DNA from: Hypanus sabinus
Lineage: Eukaryota
Direction of reading: 5' to 3'
NCBI RefSeq assembly: GCF_030144855.1
Contig: NC_082715.1
Location: forward strand, 91,078,001-91,142,000
Length of the DNA stretch: 64,000 nucleotides
The notes beneath the pieces are model-generated. The model was not told where the DNA came from, searched no databases, and saw nothing but the letters and a program-made list of their open reading frames with translations. The translations under genes and the position numbers were made by a program. This document shows positions 26,090 through 39,993 of the stretch, in pieces. Within the stretch, counting starts at the first letter, position 1; each line of letters opens with the position of its first letter.

Positions 26090-27995
26090 CAGTGCCTTCT
26101 AAGCCTGCTTTGACCTCAAAACATGGAGGAACTCCCACACCTCCCAATGATCTCATAATTTCAGTTTCTGAGGCCGAAGTGCCTTCAAGCAAACCCACAA
26201 GTACTAAACACCAATGCTGATCAACTGGCTGGAGTGTTCACTGAGATCTTTAACCTCTCTCTTCAGCAGTCTGAAGTACCCACCTGCTTAAAGCAGACTT
26301 CCGTTATACCAGTGTCCAAGAAGAACCTGATAATCTGCCTCAATGACTATTGTCCAATAGTATTTACATTCAGAGTGATGAAATATTTTGAGAGATTGGT
26401 GATGAAACACACCAACTCCTGCTTGAGAAGATACTTGGATCCGCTTCAATTTGCCTACAAGAGCAACTGGTCCACAACAGATTCCATCTCATTGGCTCTA
26501 CACTCAACCTTGGAATATCTGGACAGCAAAGGTGTGCATATCAGGATGTTCTTTATTAACTACAGCTCAGCATTCAATGCCATCATCCTCTCAAAACTAA
26601 TTAATGAGCTCCAAGACATTTGCCTCAATACCTACTTGTGCCGTTGGATCCTGGATTTCCTCACTTGCAAACCTCTGTCAGTTCAGATTGCAGACAACAT
26701 CTCCATTATCACAGGTGCAGCACAAGGCTATGAGCTTAAACCTCGCTCTATTCGCTCTACATTTATGACTCTGTGGCTAAGCACAGATCCAAAGCCATAT
26801 TCAAGTTTGCTGTTAACACTACCATCATAGATCAAATCAAAGGTGGTGATGAATCAACATAATGGAGGGAGATTGAAAATCTGGCTGAGCGCTGGCATAA
26901 CAACAACCTCTTACTCAATGTCAGCAAGACCAAGGAGAAGGAAACTAGAAGTCCATGAGCCAGTCCTCATTGGAGGATCATAAGATATAGGGGCAGAATT
27001 AGACCATTTGGCCCATCAAGTCTGCTCTGCCATTTCATCACGTCTGATCCATTTTCTCTTTAAACCCCAAATTCCTGCCTTCTCCTCATATCCTTTCATG
27101 CCCTATTTAATCAAGAATCTATCAACCTCAGTTGTAAATATACCCAATGACTTGGCCTCCACAGCTGCCTGTGGCAACAAATTCCCCAGATTCACCGTTC
27201 TCTGGCTAAAGAAATTCCTCTTCAACTCAGTTCTAAAAGGATTCCCTTCTATATTGGGACTGTGGACCAGACGTGGAGAGTGTCAGCAACTTTAAATTCC
27301 TCGGTGTTATTATTTTGGAGGACTTATCCTACGTCCAGCACATAAGTACAATTACGAAGAAAGCACAATAGCACCTATGCTTCCTTAGAAGTTTACGAAG
27401 CTTCAGCGTGACATCTAAAACTTTGACAATCTTGTGTAGATGTGCAGTGGAGAGTATACTGACTGGTTGCATTCCAGCCTGGTATGGAAACACCAATGGC
27501 TTTGAATCGAAAATCCTACAAAAAGTAGTGGATACAGCCCAGTCTCTCATGAATAAAGCCCTCCCCACCATTGAGCACATCTACACAGGGCGCTGTTGCA
27601 AGAAAGCAGCATCCATCATTGGAGACCCCCAGCATCCAGTCCATGCTCTCTTCTCGCTAAAGCCATCAGGAAGGAGGTACAGGAGCCTCAGGACTCACAC
27701 TACCAGGTTCAGGAACAGTTATTATTCCTCAAAGATCAGGCTCTTGAAACAAAAGGGATAACTTCATTCAATTTTACTTGCCCCATCATTGAAATGTTCC
27801 CTCAACCTATGGACTCACTCTTTATCTCATGTTCTTGATATTTATTCCTTATTTATTTATTATTCTTTCTTTCTTCTTATTTGCACAGATATCTTTTGCA
27901 CACTGGTTGAATGCCCAATTTCATGTGGTCTTTCATTGATTCTGTTATGGTTATTATTCTATTGTGGATTTATTTAGTAAGCCCACAAGAAAATG
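26090..27995 (+). mobile_element. Rex1/Babar LINE (5'-truncated) with nested CR1 tail at ~26980-27265
   Basis: RT motifs LNDYCP, LDPLQFAY, FINYSSAFN; C-terminus CAVESILTGCIPAWYG...PSGRRYRS. Confidence 0.9.
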
Positions 27996-28482
27996 AAAAA
28001 TGAGTTACTTCAGAAAAGTGTAAGGTATTGCTTTTTGGAAAGTCAAATCAAGGTAAGGTAGAAATTTCACAGTGAATGGTCATGGGCTCTGGCAAGTGTT
28101 GTAGAGTAGAGGGGCCATGGAATTTTATTCACAGGGTGGTAGAGAAGAATTTGGGCACATTGGTATTCACCGGTCAGTGAACTGAGTATGAAAGCTGGGA
28201 GGTCATGGTGTGGCTGCACTTAGAGCATTGTATTCAGTTTTGGTCTCCCTACTATAGCAAAGACGTTATTCAACTGGAAAGAGTGCAGAAAAAGATTTAC
28301 AAGAATTGCACTGGGACCTGAAGGCCTGAGTGGTAAGTAGAGGGTGGACATGCTAGGATTTAGAAGCTATAGGAAAATTAGATGTGGTCTTACAGAAGTG
28401 TATAAAATCATGAGGGCTGTGCATATGGTGAACATACTCAGTCTTTCTATCAGTGTTGGGACATCAAAGATTAGAAGGTATA

Positions 28483-31400
28483 TAGTGCCTTGAAAAAGTA
28501 TTCAGCTCCCACAACGGTGTCATATTTTACTGTTTCATTTGCAGTCTTTCTTTCATGGAATCCTGGTTAACCCCTTCCACGCCAGATCAGCTATTCAGAT
28601 TGACAGGTTTACTATACACTGCCAGGATAGATCTATAGTGTCTCTCAAAAACAGAGGTGGAGGAGTATGCCTCATGATCAACTCCTCTTGGTGCATGGAT
28701 ACATCAGTGCTGTCCCAATTCTGCTCACCAGACCTGAAATATCTAGCAATAAAGTGCCGTCCTTTTTACTTACCACGGGAATTCTCTGGGGTCATTTTAG
28801 TAGCAGTTTACAGTCCACCACAGGCCAACGTCAAGCAGGCTTTAGATGATCTGAACAATGGGATCAACATGCACGAAACAGCGCACCTTGACACCTTCAC
28901 CATCATTTTGGGAGATTTCAACAAGGCCAGTCAGAAAAAAATCACTAAGCAATTACCATCAACAAATCACTTGCAATACCAGAGGAAACAACACACTGGA
29001 CCATTGTCACACATTGTCACACCATCAAGACTGCCTACCCTGCTATTCCATGCCCTCACTTCAGGAAGTCTGATCACCTGGCTGTACTTCTGCTCCCTGA
29101 GTATAGCAGAGACTGAAGACTGCAGCACCAGTAGTGAGGGCCAAGAAGGTATGGACAAGGGAAGCACAGGAGCACCTACAAGATTGCTTTGAATCGGTGG
29201 ACTGGACTGTATTCAGGGATTAATCTTCGAACCTGGATGAGTATGCTGCAGTTGTTATTGACTTCATTAGAAGCTGTGTGGATGAACCAGGAGGTACGTT
29301 GTCTGCTGAAGGCTCGGTCTGTGGCATTCAAGTGTGGCGACCCAGGCCTGTACCAGAAAACCAGGTATGATTTGCGGAGGACTATTTCAAGGGCGAAGAG
29401 ACAATTTCAAATGAGATTGGAGGCGACATTGGATGCCCGTCAACTCTGGCAGGGTCTGCAAAACATGACTTCCTACCAAGCGAAACCCAATAGCATGAAT
29501 GGCAACGAAGCTCCACTACCAGATGAACTCAACGCCTTCTATGCCTGCTTTGAAAGGGAGAATACAACTACAGCTGTGAAAATCCCTACTGTACCTGATG
29601 ACCCTGTGATTCTCTGTCTCAGAGGCTGATGTTAAACTGTCTTTAAAGAGGGTGAACCCCCGCAAGGTGGAAAGTCCCAATGGAGTACCTGGTAAGGCTC
29701 TGAAAGTCTGTGTCAACCAACTAGTGGGAGTATTCAAGGACACTTGCAGCCTCTCACTGTTACGGGGTGGAAGTTCAAACTTGCTTCAAAAGGCAACAAT
29801 TATACCAGTGCCTAAGAATAATGTGAGCTGCCTTAATGACTATCACCCAGTAGTACTCACATCCACAGTGATTAAATGCTTTGAGAGGTTGGTCATGACT
29901 AGACTGAACTCCAGCCTCAGCAAAGACCTGGACCCATTACAATTTGCCTATTGCCACAATAAGTCAATGGCAGACACAATCTCAATGGCTCTCCACACGG
30001 CTTTAGACCACCTGGATAACACAAGCACCCATGTCAGGATGCTGTTCACCAACTATAGCTCCGCATGTAATACCATCATTCCCACAATCCTGACTGAGAA
30101 GTTGCAGAACCTGGGCCTCTGTTCCTCCCTCTGCAATTGGATCCACAACTTCTGAACCGGAAGACCACAATCTGTGGATTGATGTTAACATCCTCATCAC
30201 TGACAATCAACACTGGTCACCTCAAGGCTGTGTGTGTAGCCCACTGCTCTACTCTCCATTTACACATGACTGTGTGGCTAGGCATAGCTCAAATACCATT
30301 TATAAATTTGCTGACGATACAACCAATGTTGGTAGAATCTCAGGTGGTGTCGAGAGGGCATATAGGAGTGAGATATGCCAACTAGTGGAATGGTGCCACA
30401 GCACAACCTGGTACTGAACGTCAGTAAGACAGAAGAGCTGATTGTGGACTTCAGGAAGGGTAAGACAAAGGAACACGTACCAATCCTCATAGAGGAATCA
30501 TAGGTGGAGAGAGTGAACAGTTTCCAGTTCCTGGGCATCAAGATTTCTGTGGATCTAACCTGGTCCCAACATATCAATGTAGTTATAAAGAAGGCAAGAT
30601 GGCGATTATACTTCATTAGGTGTTTGAAGTGATTTGGCATGTCAACAAATACATTCAAAAACTTCTATGATTGTACCGTGGAGAACATTCTGACAGGCTG
30701 CATCACTGTCTGGTCTGGAGGGGCTACTGTACAGGACCAAAAGAAACTGCAAAAGGTTGTAAATCTAGTCAGCTCCATCTTGGGTACGAGCCAACAAAGT
30801 ACCCAGGAAATCTTTAGGGAGCGGTGTCTCAGAAAGGCAGCATCCATTATTAAGGACCCCCAGCGCCCAGGGCATGCCCTTTTCTCACTGTTACCATCAG
30901 GTAGGAGATACAGAAGCCAGAAGGCACACACTCAGTGATTCAAGAACAGCTTCTTCCCCTCTGCCATCCGACTCCTAAGTGGACATTGAATCTTTGGACA
31001 CTACCTCACTTTTTTTAATGTACAGTATTTCTGTTTTTGGACATCTATTTAATCTATTCAATATATGTATACTGTAATTGCTTTACTTGTTTATTATTAT
31101 TTTTACTTTTTTTCTTTGCTAGATTGTGTATTGCATTGAACTGGTGCTGCTAAGTTAATAAATTTCACGTTACATGCTGGTGATAATAAATCTGATTCTG
31201 ATCCATTTTTTGAATTTAAAATATCGAAGTAAGATTTTTGAAGTAATCTACAAAACATTGCCCATCATGCTAAATCAAAAGAAAAATTCAAAAACCTGTC
31301 AACAATTTACTAAAAAATAATAAACCAAAATTAAGAGGCTGAAAAAGTATTCATCTCCTTTGTAATTCCTAACTTTCCTCAGGTGCCTTACTATATATTA

Positions 31401-32560
31401 TCTTACCAAGTCATTCAATTTGTTGATGTAGAAAATTGGAGAATCACCTATTTTCAATGAATGGTAGATTTTCAACAGACCAAACCAAAATGAAAGAATA
31501 TCTAAGACAAGACATGGTAATGATAATAGAGAAGCGCAGATCTGGGGAATGGTACAAGACCGTCTCAAGGCACTGAATGTATCACAGAGCTCATTGCAGT
31601 CCTTTGTGAAAAAGTAGAGAAAATATGAAACCTCAACCGCACAACCTAGGTCAGGATGCTCCTCTAAGCTTAAGCTGGAGAAGAATGGCACTTGTAAGAG
31701 AGCTACTGTGATGCCAATAGTCACACTGAATGAGCTGTAGTAGTCACTGGCTGGAACTGGAGATGAAGTTGATGTTTCTGCAGTCCCTAAAGCCTTGCGC
31801 AGGAAAGATATTTATGGAAGAGTGGCAAGGAAGAAGCCCCAGCTAAAATAAAGCATATCCTTGCCTGTAAAGACTTTGCAAAGCATCTCTTAGCGGATAC
31901 TATAAAGATGTCAAAGAAGGTCTTATGTTCGTATGAGACTACAGTGGAACTTTCTGTTCTCAACGTTAAGCGTTCGGTGTGGCGTAAATCTAACACTATC
32001 CACCAGCCAGGTTACATCATCCCTACTGTAAAGTATCGTGAAGGTAGTATCGTGCTATGGGGATACTTTTCAGCAGCAGGGACTAGAAATCTGGTCAGGA
32101 TTGATGGGAAGATGAATGCTGCTAAATAGAGAGAGATCCCGGATTAAAAACTTGCTAGCCTCTGCCAGAAAGCTTAAACTGGGGGAGGAGTTCATCTAGC
32201 AGTGGGACAAGAACCCAAAGCACACTGCTAGAGCAGCCATGGAGCAGTTTCAGATGAAGAAAATTTATATCCCAAGTGGCCCAGTCAGAGTCTTAACCTG
32301 ATCATACATCTCTGACAAGATCTCAAGATTACTGTTCACCACTGCTCCCCTACTAGCCTGGCACAGCTTGAGTAATTTTGCAGGTGAAGTGGGTGTCATT
32401 GTGTTATGGAAAGCTAATGGAGACTTTTCTAAAAGTGCTACTGGCTGCAATAGCTGCAAGAGGTACTGAGTAAAGGGTATTGAATACTTTTGAACTACTA
32501 AAAGTTTTTAATTATTTTGTTTTTCCTGCCTTACAATTTTTCCTAGTTTTTTTTCAGAGC
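28483..32560 (+). mobile_element. Tc1-family DNA transposon remnant (IR/DR type), interrupted by a Rex1 LINE
   Basis: TIR start TA|tagtgccttgaaaaagtattca at 28483; inner repeat 31340-31353; inverted copy 32481-32491. Transposase remnants KVLCSYETTVEL...PTVKYREGSIVLWGYFSAAG, DKNPKHTA, WPSQS. Confidence 0.88.
28541..31203 (+). mobile_element. Rex1/Babar LINE, ~2.7 kb (APE endonuclease + RT + C-terminal domain), disrupted
   Basis: GGGVCLMINSSWC, ILGDFN, LDHC, QFAY, KFADDTT, CTVENILTGCITVW; tail aataaatctgattctgat. Confidence 0.92.
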
Positions 32561-33239
32561 ATGTGATTCACAAATAAAAGTGGTGATATTCACTCCCAGG
32601 AGCTTGAAGCTCTCAATCTTCTTAACCTCTGCACTGTTGATGTACATGGAAGTGTATGTCCTAGCCCCATTCATGAAGTCAATGACCAACTCTCTTGTTT
32701 TGTTGACATTAAGAAAAAGATTGTTGTCATGACACCACATCACTAGTGGATAATTGAATGTAATTAGTTAGTGGGTGCTTGATAGTCGGTGTGAAATTTG
32801 GGAGACTGAGGGTTGTTTCGATAGTGTATTTATTCAATTCTAATGTAGAGTCGTACAGTTTCCCCTCAGCTGCTTAGCAGGTCAGGCAGTTTCAAAAGAG
32901 AAAGGGGAAAACCAGAGTTAATTATAACCATGGAAGGTCATGGTCTTGTAACACTAAATCTGCTCAGAGCAAGAAACAGTCTGCTGTGGAAACACAGTGG
33001 CTTGAACTGTATCTGCAGTGGAAAAGGACCTGTTGGAAATCCTGCTTCAGGAATCTCAACAGTTTTCCAAAGATTCAACCTGCTGAATATCTCCCAATAT
33101 TTTCATTCTTTATTTCAGTTTTCCAGCACCAATTTTTCTTCTTTTCTATTTATGCCCTATCACCCTCCAACATGTTCTGTTGTGAAACCAGCTCACTGTG
33201 ACCTATTGTGTATAAACTCAATTCTTGAGTAATCCTTGG

Positions 33240-35470
33240 CCCTGAGACACAAACAGAGACAGATTAATCTTCTCAGAGTCAGAAATGACATCGAGCTTGA
33301 AAAGGTATGGTTGGCAAGGAAGCAAAGGGATGACTAACTACATTGGCCTCTTTCACCTAACAATATACTTAGAGCCCTTATCATCAGCACCTCTTACATC
33401 ATGTCATCATCCAAATGAGTGAGTGAAGCATGTCTGAAATGATAAATGCCAACACTTACTGAATTGACCATAAATGCTGATAAAAGAAGCTCAATGCTGA
33501 AGTGCTAAAGGCCCTGCAAAGAAAGATCTACTCAAACAGTGTATCACAGACAACCTGTCCACCCCCAAATAACCCTAGCTTCAAAGTGACCTGCCCTGAA
33601 GTCCACTATAGTTCACAGTCATGAAGAGACTCTTGCCTCCTTGATAAAAAAAAGGACTGGGTTAATAACAATGTGGATTTGGGAGAGCTAATTGTGCAAG
33701 CACAAGATGTTCTTGGGAGATTGCAGAACTCTGAGGCACAGAGAGATCTGGATGTCCTCTTACATAATTCGCAAAAGGCTGGTACGCAGCTGCAAGTAAA
33801 TTGGAAAGAAAATAGTGTTCTTTATTGCAAGCTAAATTAAATACTAAAGAGAGGTTATGTAAGGCTTGATGAAACCATATCTGGAGTAGTTTTCACACTA
33901 TTACTCTCCTTAAGGAAGGAGCAGTAGTATTGGAAGCAGTTGAGAAAAAATATATACTAATAACTGGAATATGTACTTCGAATTTGGGGAAGGGTTTGAT
34001 CTGTACCTGCTGGCATACAGAAGGTTGAGAAAGGATGTTTGAAGCTTAAGTTTCTAAAAGGTCTCAACAGGGTGGACCTGGAAAGGATGTGACCATGGAT
34101 CACTACTTAAAAATAAATCATCTCCCGTTTCAGAAAGATAAGGCAACATGATTTGTCGAAAGGTCTTGGGACACTGCAACTGTTTTGCTTCAAATATTGT
34201 GAATGTAAAGCTTTTCAATCATTTTAAAACAGCAGTAGATACATTCTTGACAAGCAAGGCTTGAAAGATTTCTACATGGAGGTGGGAAAGTAGCTATTAT
34301 ACGGCAAACAGACCAGTCTCCAGAGTGTGATGGGCTGAAAGGCCTAATCCTGTTCCTATATTTGCTTACACATATATTCATTTGGAAAATCTACCATGCC
34401 TTGCAATGGCAAAATAAGAGCTCCACAGCTACTTAAAGCAAAGTACCTCCAGAAAACTTGTAACAAAGGACAGATAATAGATGGAACTTGTGGAGGAGGT
34501 CCAACAGCTCACTGACAACCATCACACAGGCAAGTTCTTTGGCACTCAGTCCATCTGCAGCCCTAAACATTTAATAGTCCATCTCACTGAGAGAATAGTC
34601 ATGAGTTTATCAAGGACAGAGAGGTGGTCTTCAGCCCCCTAGAAGGAATATTTTGAAGATCCATCTACTGAGTCCATGTTTTTGAGCGTCCTTGACTCCA
34701 CCTCATATGATTAAATCCTATCTTGCTACTACCTTAACAAATGTTTGGAATCTACTTTTCAGCTGAAAAGCAGCAATGCCTACAGAGCAAATGATATTCT
34801 TGCTGAGTTCTAAAATTTGGAGCATCTGGCATGAATTCACAGCCTTGTTTCCCTCATCTTGGAAAAGGAGGATATGCCAGGGGATATTGGACATTATTAA
34901 ATGTGACCATCTTCAAGATACGAGGCACAATGAATATGATATTCATCATGTAAAAACTGCAGAAGAAATATTACTGTCACACATTATATTTTAATCTTAG
35001 AGAAAGCCAATGACTGTCAACCAAAGTGGGACTCTGAGGAACCCCCAAATTTGTCTACACTTCGACTTTTTTCTGAATTTTCATTTTACTATATGATGGT
35101 ATGTGAGCTGTGATCCTAACAAAGGATATACCATAGACCCAGTCCCAGTACAGATTAGTGTCGAATGTCATCCATGCTATATTTCGAAATAAAATTTAAA
35201 AAACCCTCACCTTGATTTTCCTCAATGCAAAGCAGATCTTTATGCACAACACAGTTAATGTAGGGTAGACATTTTATTTAGTATCCATAAAGCTAAACAC
35301 TTTTAAGTTTGTCTTCATTGTACAGAAGCTCCCTCTGACAATAAAGGTACAGAGAGGGTCTCCTCTAGAAAGTGTTGATGACTTCCCACTTATTTGGGAG
35401 TCAGTTCCCAATGAAGGATAAACATTGAATAATGAATTTCATCATTGCCTCAATACACCAGTACAGCCTT
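33240..35470 (+). mobile_element. Ancient RTE-like LINE remnant interrupted by CR1 fragment (~33680-34370)
   Basis: EYFEDP and QLKSSNAYRANDILAEF resemble RTE ORF motifs; heavily decayed. Confidence 0.5.
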
Positions 35471-37364
35471 TCCCTATTGGTCATTCCTGAACTTCCCACG
35501 TTCCAATGAGAACACACCCAGCCAATCCAATCTCATGTTACAACTCCAGCCTTCCATTCCCGGCAACACTTTCGTGAATCTCTCCTGCAGATTTAGCTTT
35601 ACAGCCATATTTTTTCCATAGTGTGTTGACCAGAATCAGGCAAAAACTCCAAATGCCATCTAATCAATGTTCTCATTCAATGCAACATGACCACCCAACT
35701 CTTATACACAATGTCTTGTCTTATGGTGGCAAGCATACCAAATACATTTTTTTCCAAATATCAAGTGTCTTCCAATATTCTTTAAATTCTGGAGCAGTTC
35801 TGATACAATGGAGGGTGTAAAATGTAAGCTTTCCATATTGAAAGGAGGGAGGAAAAAATGGGGATTACTTTGAAAAATACAATGACAGAACTCTCAGCGT
35901 ATGAATGCATAGAATAAAGTCAGCATAGGCTAATGAAAGAAAAATCTTACTTTAAAAATGTCTTGTCTTTTTCTGAAAATGTAACTTGTAGAATGGATGT
36001 TGAACCAATGCACATTATGTCTTTGCACCTTTAGAAGGCTTTTGATATGCTCCCTCAGTAAAATAATTAGTGAGTAGAATTAAGAAACATAGAACTTGGA
36101 GTAATTGGGGGTGCCACTGGGGCATAACAGATAGTGCTGTTAGTTCATAGTTCTCCTTCCCCAGGTTCAATCAGAGCTCTGTTGCTGCCCCTTTCTCTAC
36201 TGTACATTTTCCATGTGAATGTGTACTTTTCCTCCCATACCCCACGGGCATGTTGGCAGATCAAGGAGCCACTGTTGAGTATCCCCCCGATGCAGGTGGG
36301 TGGCAGGTGTTGTTGGGTTGTTTGAGAGAGCATGGGTTTCTTAGGGTAGCAGAGTTGCTCTGTGAGCTGGTGTGGATTTGATGAGTCAAAGGATGTCATA
36401 ATATGAAATATGGCAACACTTTGGCCTGCAAAAGATGCTGTGACAGATTTAAACAAATAGAAAAGCAATCTTAAAGGTGTCTTTCTTATTTGTATTGTTA
36501 GCAGTGGGTGGGTATATCATGATAGGCGCTGCCTTAGTGCTTCCAGAATTTGAGCACCAGACTTGAGAAGGATAGATTTCAATAATAGGAATAAAGCAGA
36601 CAATTGTTGTTTAGTGAATACCTTTGAATCCTCCTTTCAAGGCGATGTCAAGTTCAGCAATAAGCAATGAACAACATTATCTTGTTTTTCTAATGGCCTC
36701 GTCTGACTTTGATCTATTTGATGCTTCTGTTGTAATGAATTATCTACTGAAGGAACATTGTCATATTTTAACAAAATATCTTAAAATTTAGTTTCTGAAC
36801 TACTTTGATCTTTCATATTTTGTCGACTTTCCAATTATTCACAAGCAAATAAATCTTCATATTTTACAACTTGCAGTACTTAGAGTTAAGTCACCTTGTG
36901 TTATAGATCTCAAACTATATTGCCCAACCTCTTCAAACCTTGTTTAGCATGCCAAGTGTTAAAGCATTCTTGGAATGCTGGATTGCTTTGCTGAAATGAA
37001 GCCCTGCTTTGTTCTGCTACTGACTGGGCCAATGAAAATATGTGGGTTGCCAGGAATCTTTGATAGCACACAATCAATGTTAGACAATTCCCGAATTGTA
37101 CATCTGCTCCACCTAGTTTTAGGAAATTTAGTCTTTTAATTCTCTGTTGCTTCAGCAAAGTATGTTTTGTTGCAGGAATTGAACTGCTGCTCAACAATGC
37201 TGTTTGAATCATGAACTGGACTCCAGTGACTGGTTCTTTCACTTTTTTAAAAAAGTAGTTTCATGTCTCCTGAGTTTCAAGGAGCAGTTTTTAAAGTTTT
37301 GATTTTAGGCCTAGGTTTTGACTGGCAGGGAAGAAAAACGATGCCACAAGTCATTATCACAAAA

Positions 37365-37660
37365 GATATTGCAAATGCTGGAAGTCAGAAGTAACACACA
37401 CAAAATGCTGAAGGAACTCAGCAGATCAGGCAGCATCTTTGGAGAGGAATAAACAGTCGACATTTTGGGCCAAGACTCTTCATCGGGACTGGAAAAGAAA
37501 GGGAAAAGTGCAGAATGACAAGGTGAGTGGAGGGGAAGGTGTACAAGCTGGAAGTTGATAGGTGAAGGGGGAAGGCAGGTGAATGAGGAAGGGACATGGT
37601 GAGAAACTGTGAGGTAATAGGTCGATAAGGTAAAGGGCTGAAGAAGAAGGATGAATCATT
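37365..37660 (-). mobile_element. Penelope-like terminal repeat with hammerhead (perfect stem I)
   Basis: Minus strand 37491-37454: cagtcCCGATGAagagtcttggcccAAAAtGTCgactg. Confidence 0.7.
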
Positions 37661-39993
37661 TTTGAATTTATTAAACATTTTGCAAGAAGAAAATTTAAAA
37701 CTTGGTCCTTTGAACCAAATAATGTAGAAGGCTAAAAGGGTGGACTTGTAATTGGAAAAAGAATGATACCTATCATAAAGACAATGTTGATGGATGCTGC
37801 AGTATTGCAGATTGTACAACTTGTATGGAATACCTGGGATATTCTTTTCTGCCACTGTGCTGTACAAAACCAGATTACACCAACAACTACTTAAAATTAA
37901 CTGGTCTGCAGTTGTAACAGAAGTTAAGGTATGTTGGAATATTAATCAGGTAGCATTCCCTGACGCTTCTTCAGTGCTTATTTATTTTCTTCAGCAATGC
38001 AACGCAGAGTAGGCGCTTTGAGCCTTGCCACTCCAGCAACCCCACAACCCCAATTATCCCTCACCTAATCATGGGATAACTTATATTGACCAATTAATCT
38101 AACTGGTACATCTTTAGACAGTTGAAAGAAAATGGAGCACTTGGGGAAAACCCAAACAGTCCAGGGCAAGGATGTACAGAGACTCCTTACAGATTGGTGC
38201 TGGAATTGAGTTCCAAACTTAAGAACACCCAAGCCGTAGTTGTGTCATGATAACTGCTGTGCTACTGTGGCGGCCCATGGTATAAATGAGCCAAGGAATC
38301 AATATAGTTAATCTTTAGTACCACCAAGTTCCAAGAGTATTTTAATTTGAATATTTATAATAGGATCATTAGACATAGGAGCAGAATTAGGCCAATCAGC
38401 CCATTGTGCCTCTCTGCCCTATGCACATGGCTGATATATTATCTCTATCAACCCCATTTTCTTAACCTCTCTCCATAACGCTTGATGCTCTGGCTAATCA
38501 AGAACCCATCGACCTCCACTTTAAATATATGTAATGGCTTAGCCTCCATAGCCATATAAACTTGCTGACCATACTGCATGTTGTCTTCCTGAGTTAAGCT
38601 GCATTTTTGCTCTGTGCTCTAATTTTGGCCTGGGCAGTAAATACCCAATTGGTTGATTTTTAATGTTTTTTTCTGTTTTGTTCAGGCCACATTGAACCTC
38701 CTGGTTATTCCTGCTGGCTGGCACGACATATTGCATGAGGAGAAAGCAGCGGCTACTCAAGTAGGTTGACAGTATGTGCTGCTGTAAACATCCTTGACTG
38801 GAAGCTTTACTGGAGGAAACTGAGCTTTCAGTCAGATGTTTATGGCTGCAAGCTGCCATGCACTCCAAAAGGAAACTGAACTCCTCTCCCATGGATGTGC
38901 CTGGAGATAATGCACGTTCAAAGTGGTTACATGAAAACTGATAAGATGATGTAATGAAATGGAATATGAGTTTCTTTGCAGCAACAACTCTGTTTAATAT
39001 TGATGCAGTGTCCAAGACACTTGACAGCTCTAATCTGAAACAAGGTTTGATATTAAGCTGATTTAGATTTGGTGGCCAGGCGAGCATCTTGGAGGAGAAA
39101 GAGACACAGATTTCTACAGATGTATGGTGGTGCTGTATAGTTGCAACATCTGCTGGTATGGAGACTCCAATGAATAGTATTGAAAGGAGCCTCTTCTCAT
39201 TACTACAATTGGGGCAGATCTACAGGAGCCTAAAGTCATACACTTAACATTCTAGGAAAAGCTTCTTCCCCCGCTGTCAGATTTCTGAATTGTCCATGAA
39301 CAAGACTGCATTATTCCTCTCATGCACTTTTTAATTTTTGTAACTTACAGTAATTTTTATGTCTTGCTGTGTACTGCTGCTGCAAAACAAGAAGTTTCAC
39401 AACATGTCATGGATTATGAACCTGATTCTGATTATGGAGCTGGGGTCAAGGCAGCTGAAAGCATCTCCGCCCATTTGTGGAATGCTAAACACTAGGAATG
39501 CCAGGATTTTAGTAGCGTTGGTAGAGGGAAAACCATGAAAGATTAAAAAGCTGGATATGAAATAAAATATGTAGTCATCTGCATAAGTATCTAGCTTCAG
39601 AAAGTGAAATTAAGATGTTTGAATTTTTATTTGGGTGATTTGCTAAAACATTTTTTAATATCTGAATTGAATTCTTTGTAACTGAATAACATCATTTTAG
39701 CTAATGACTTTAAGGCCTTTTAGAAAACTGTAAAAATCTTGTTACCCCAATTAGCAAATTTCAAATCACTTGGTAAGAATGTTCAATAATCTGATTGAGA
39801 TGCTGAAAACCTGAATTAAAGTCAGTCAATTCTAGAATTTATGCCTCCTTTTTAAAAAATTACCTCCATGATAAGGGAAATATATTCTTCTTATTTACTT
39901 ACTTGATTCATCTCTTAACAATTTCATGCACCCCATTCAAGTTTCCTTTCAATTTCTTCTGTTCAAAAGAAAATAATCTCAACCTATTGAATA

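Noticed and set aside
38539-39087. 182-aa minus-strand ORF
   Set aside because: No recognisable domain, non-ATG start and no convincing splice context; probably a chance ORF.
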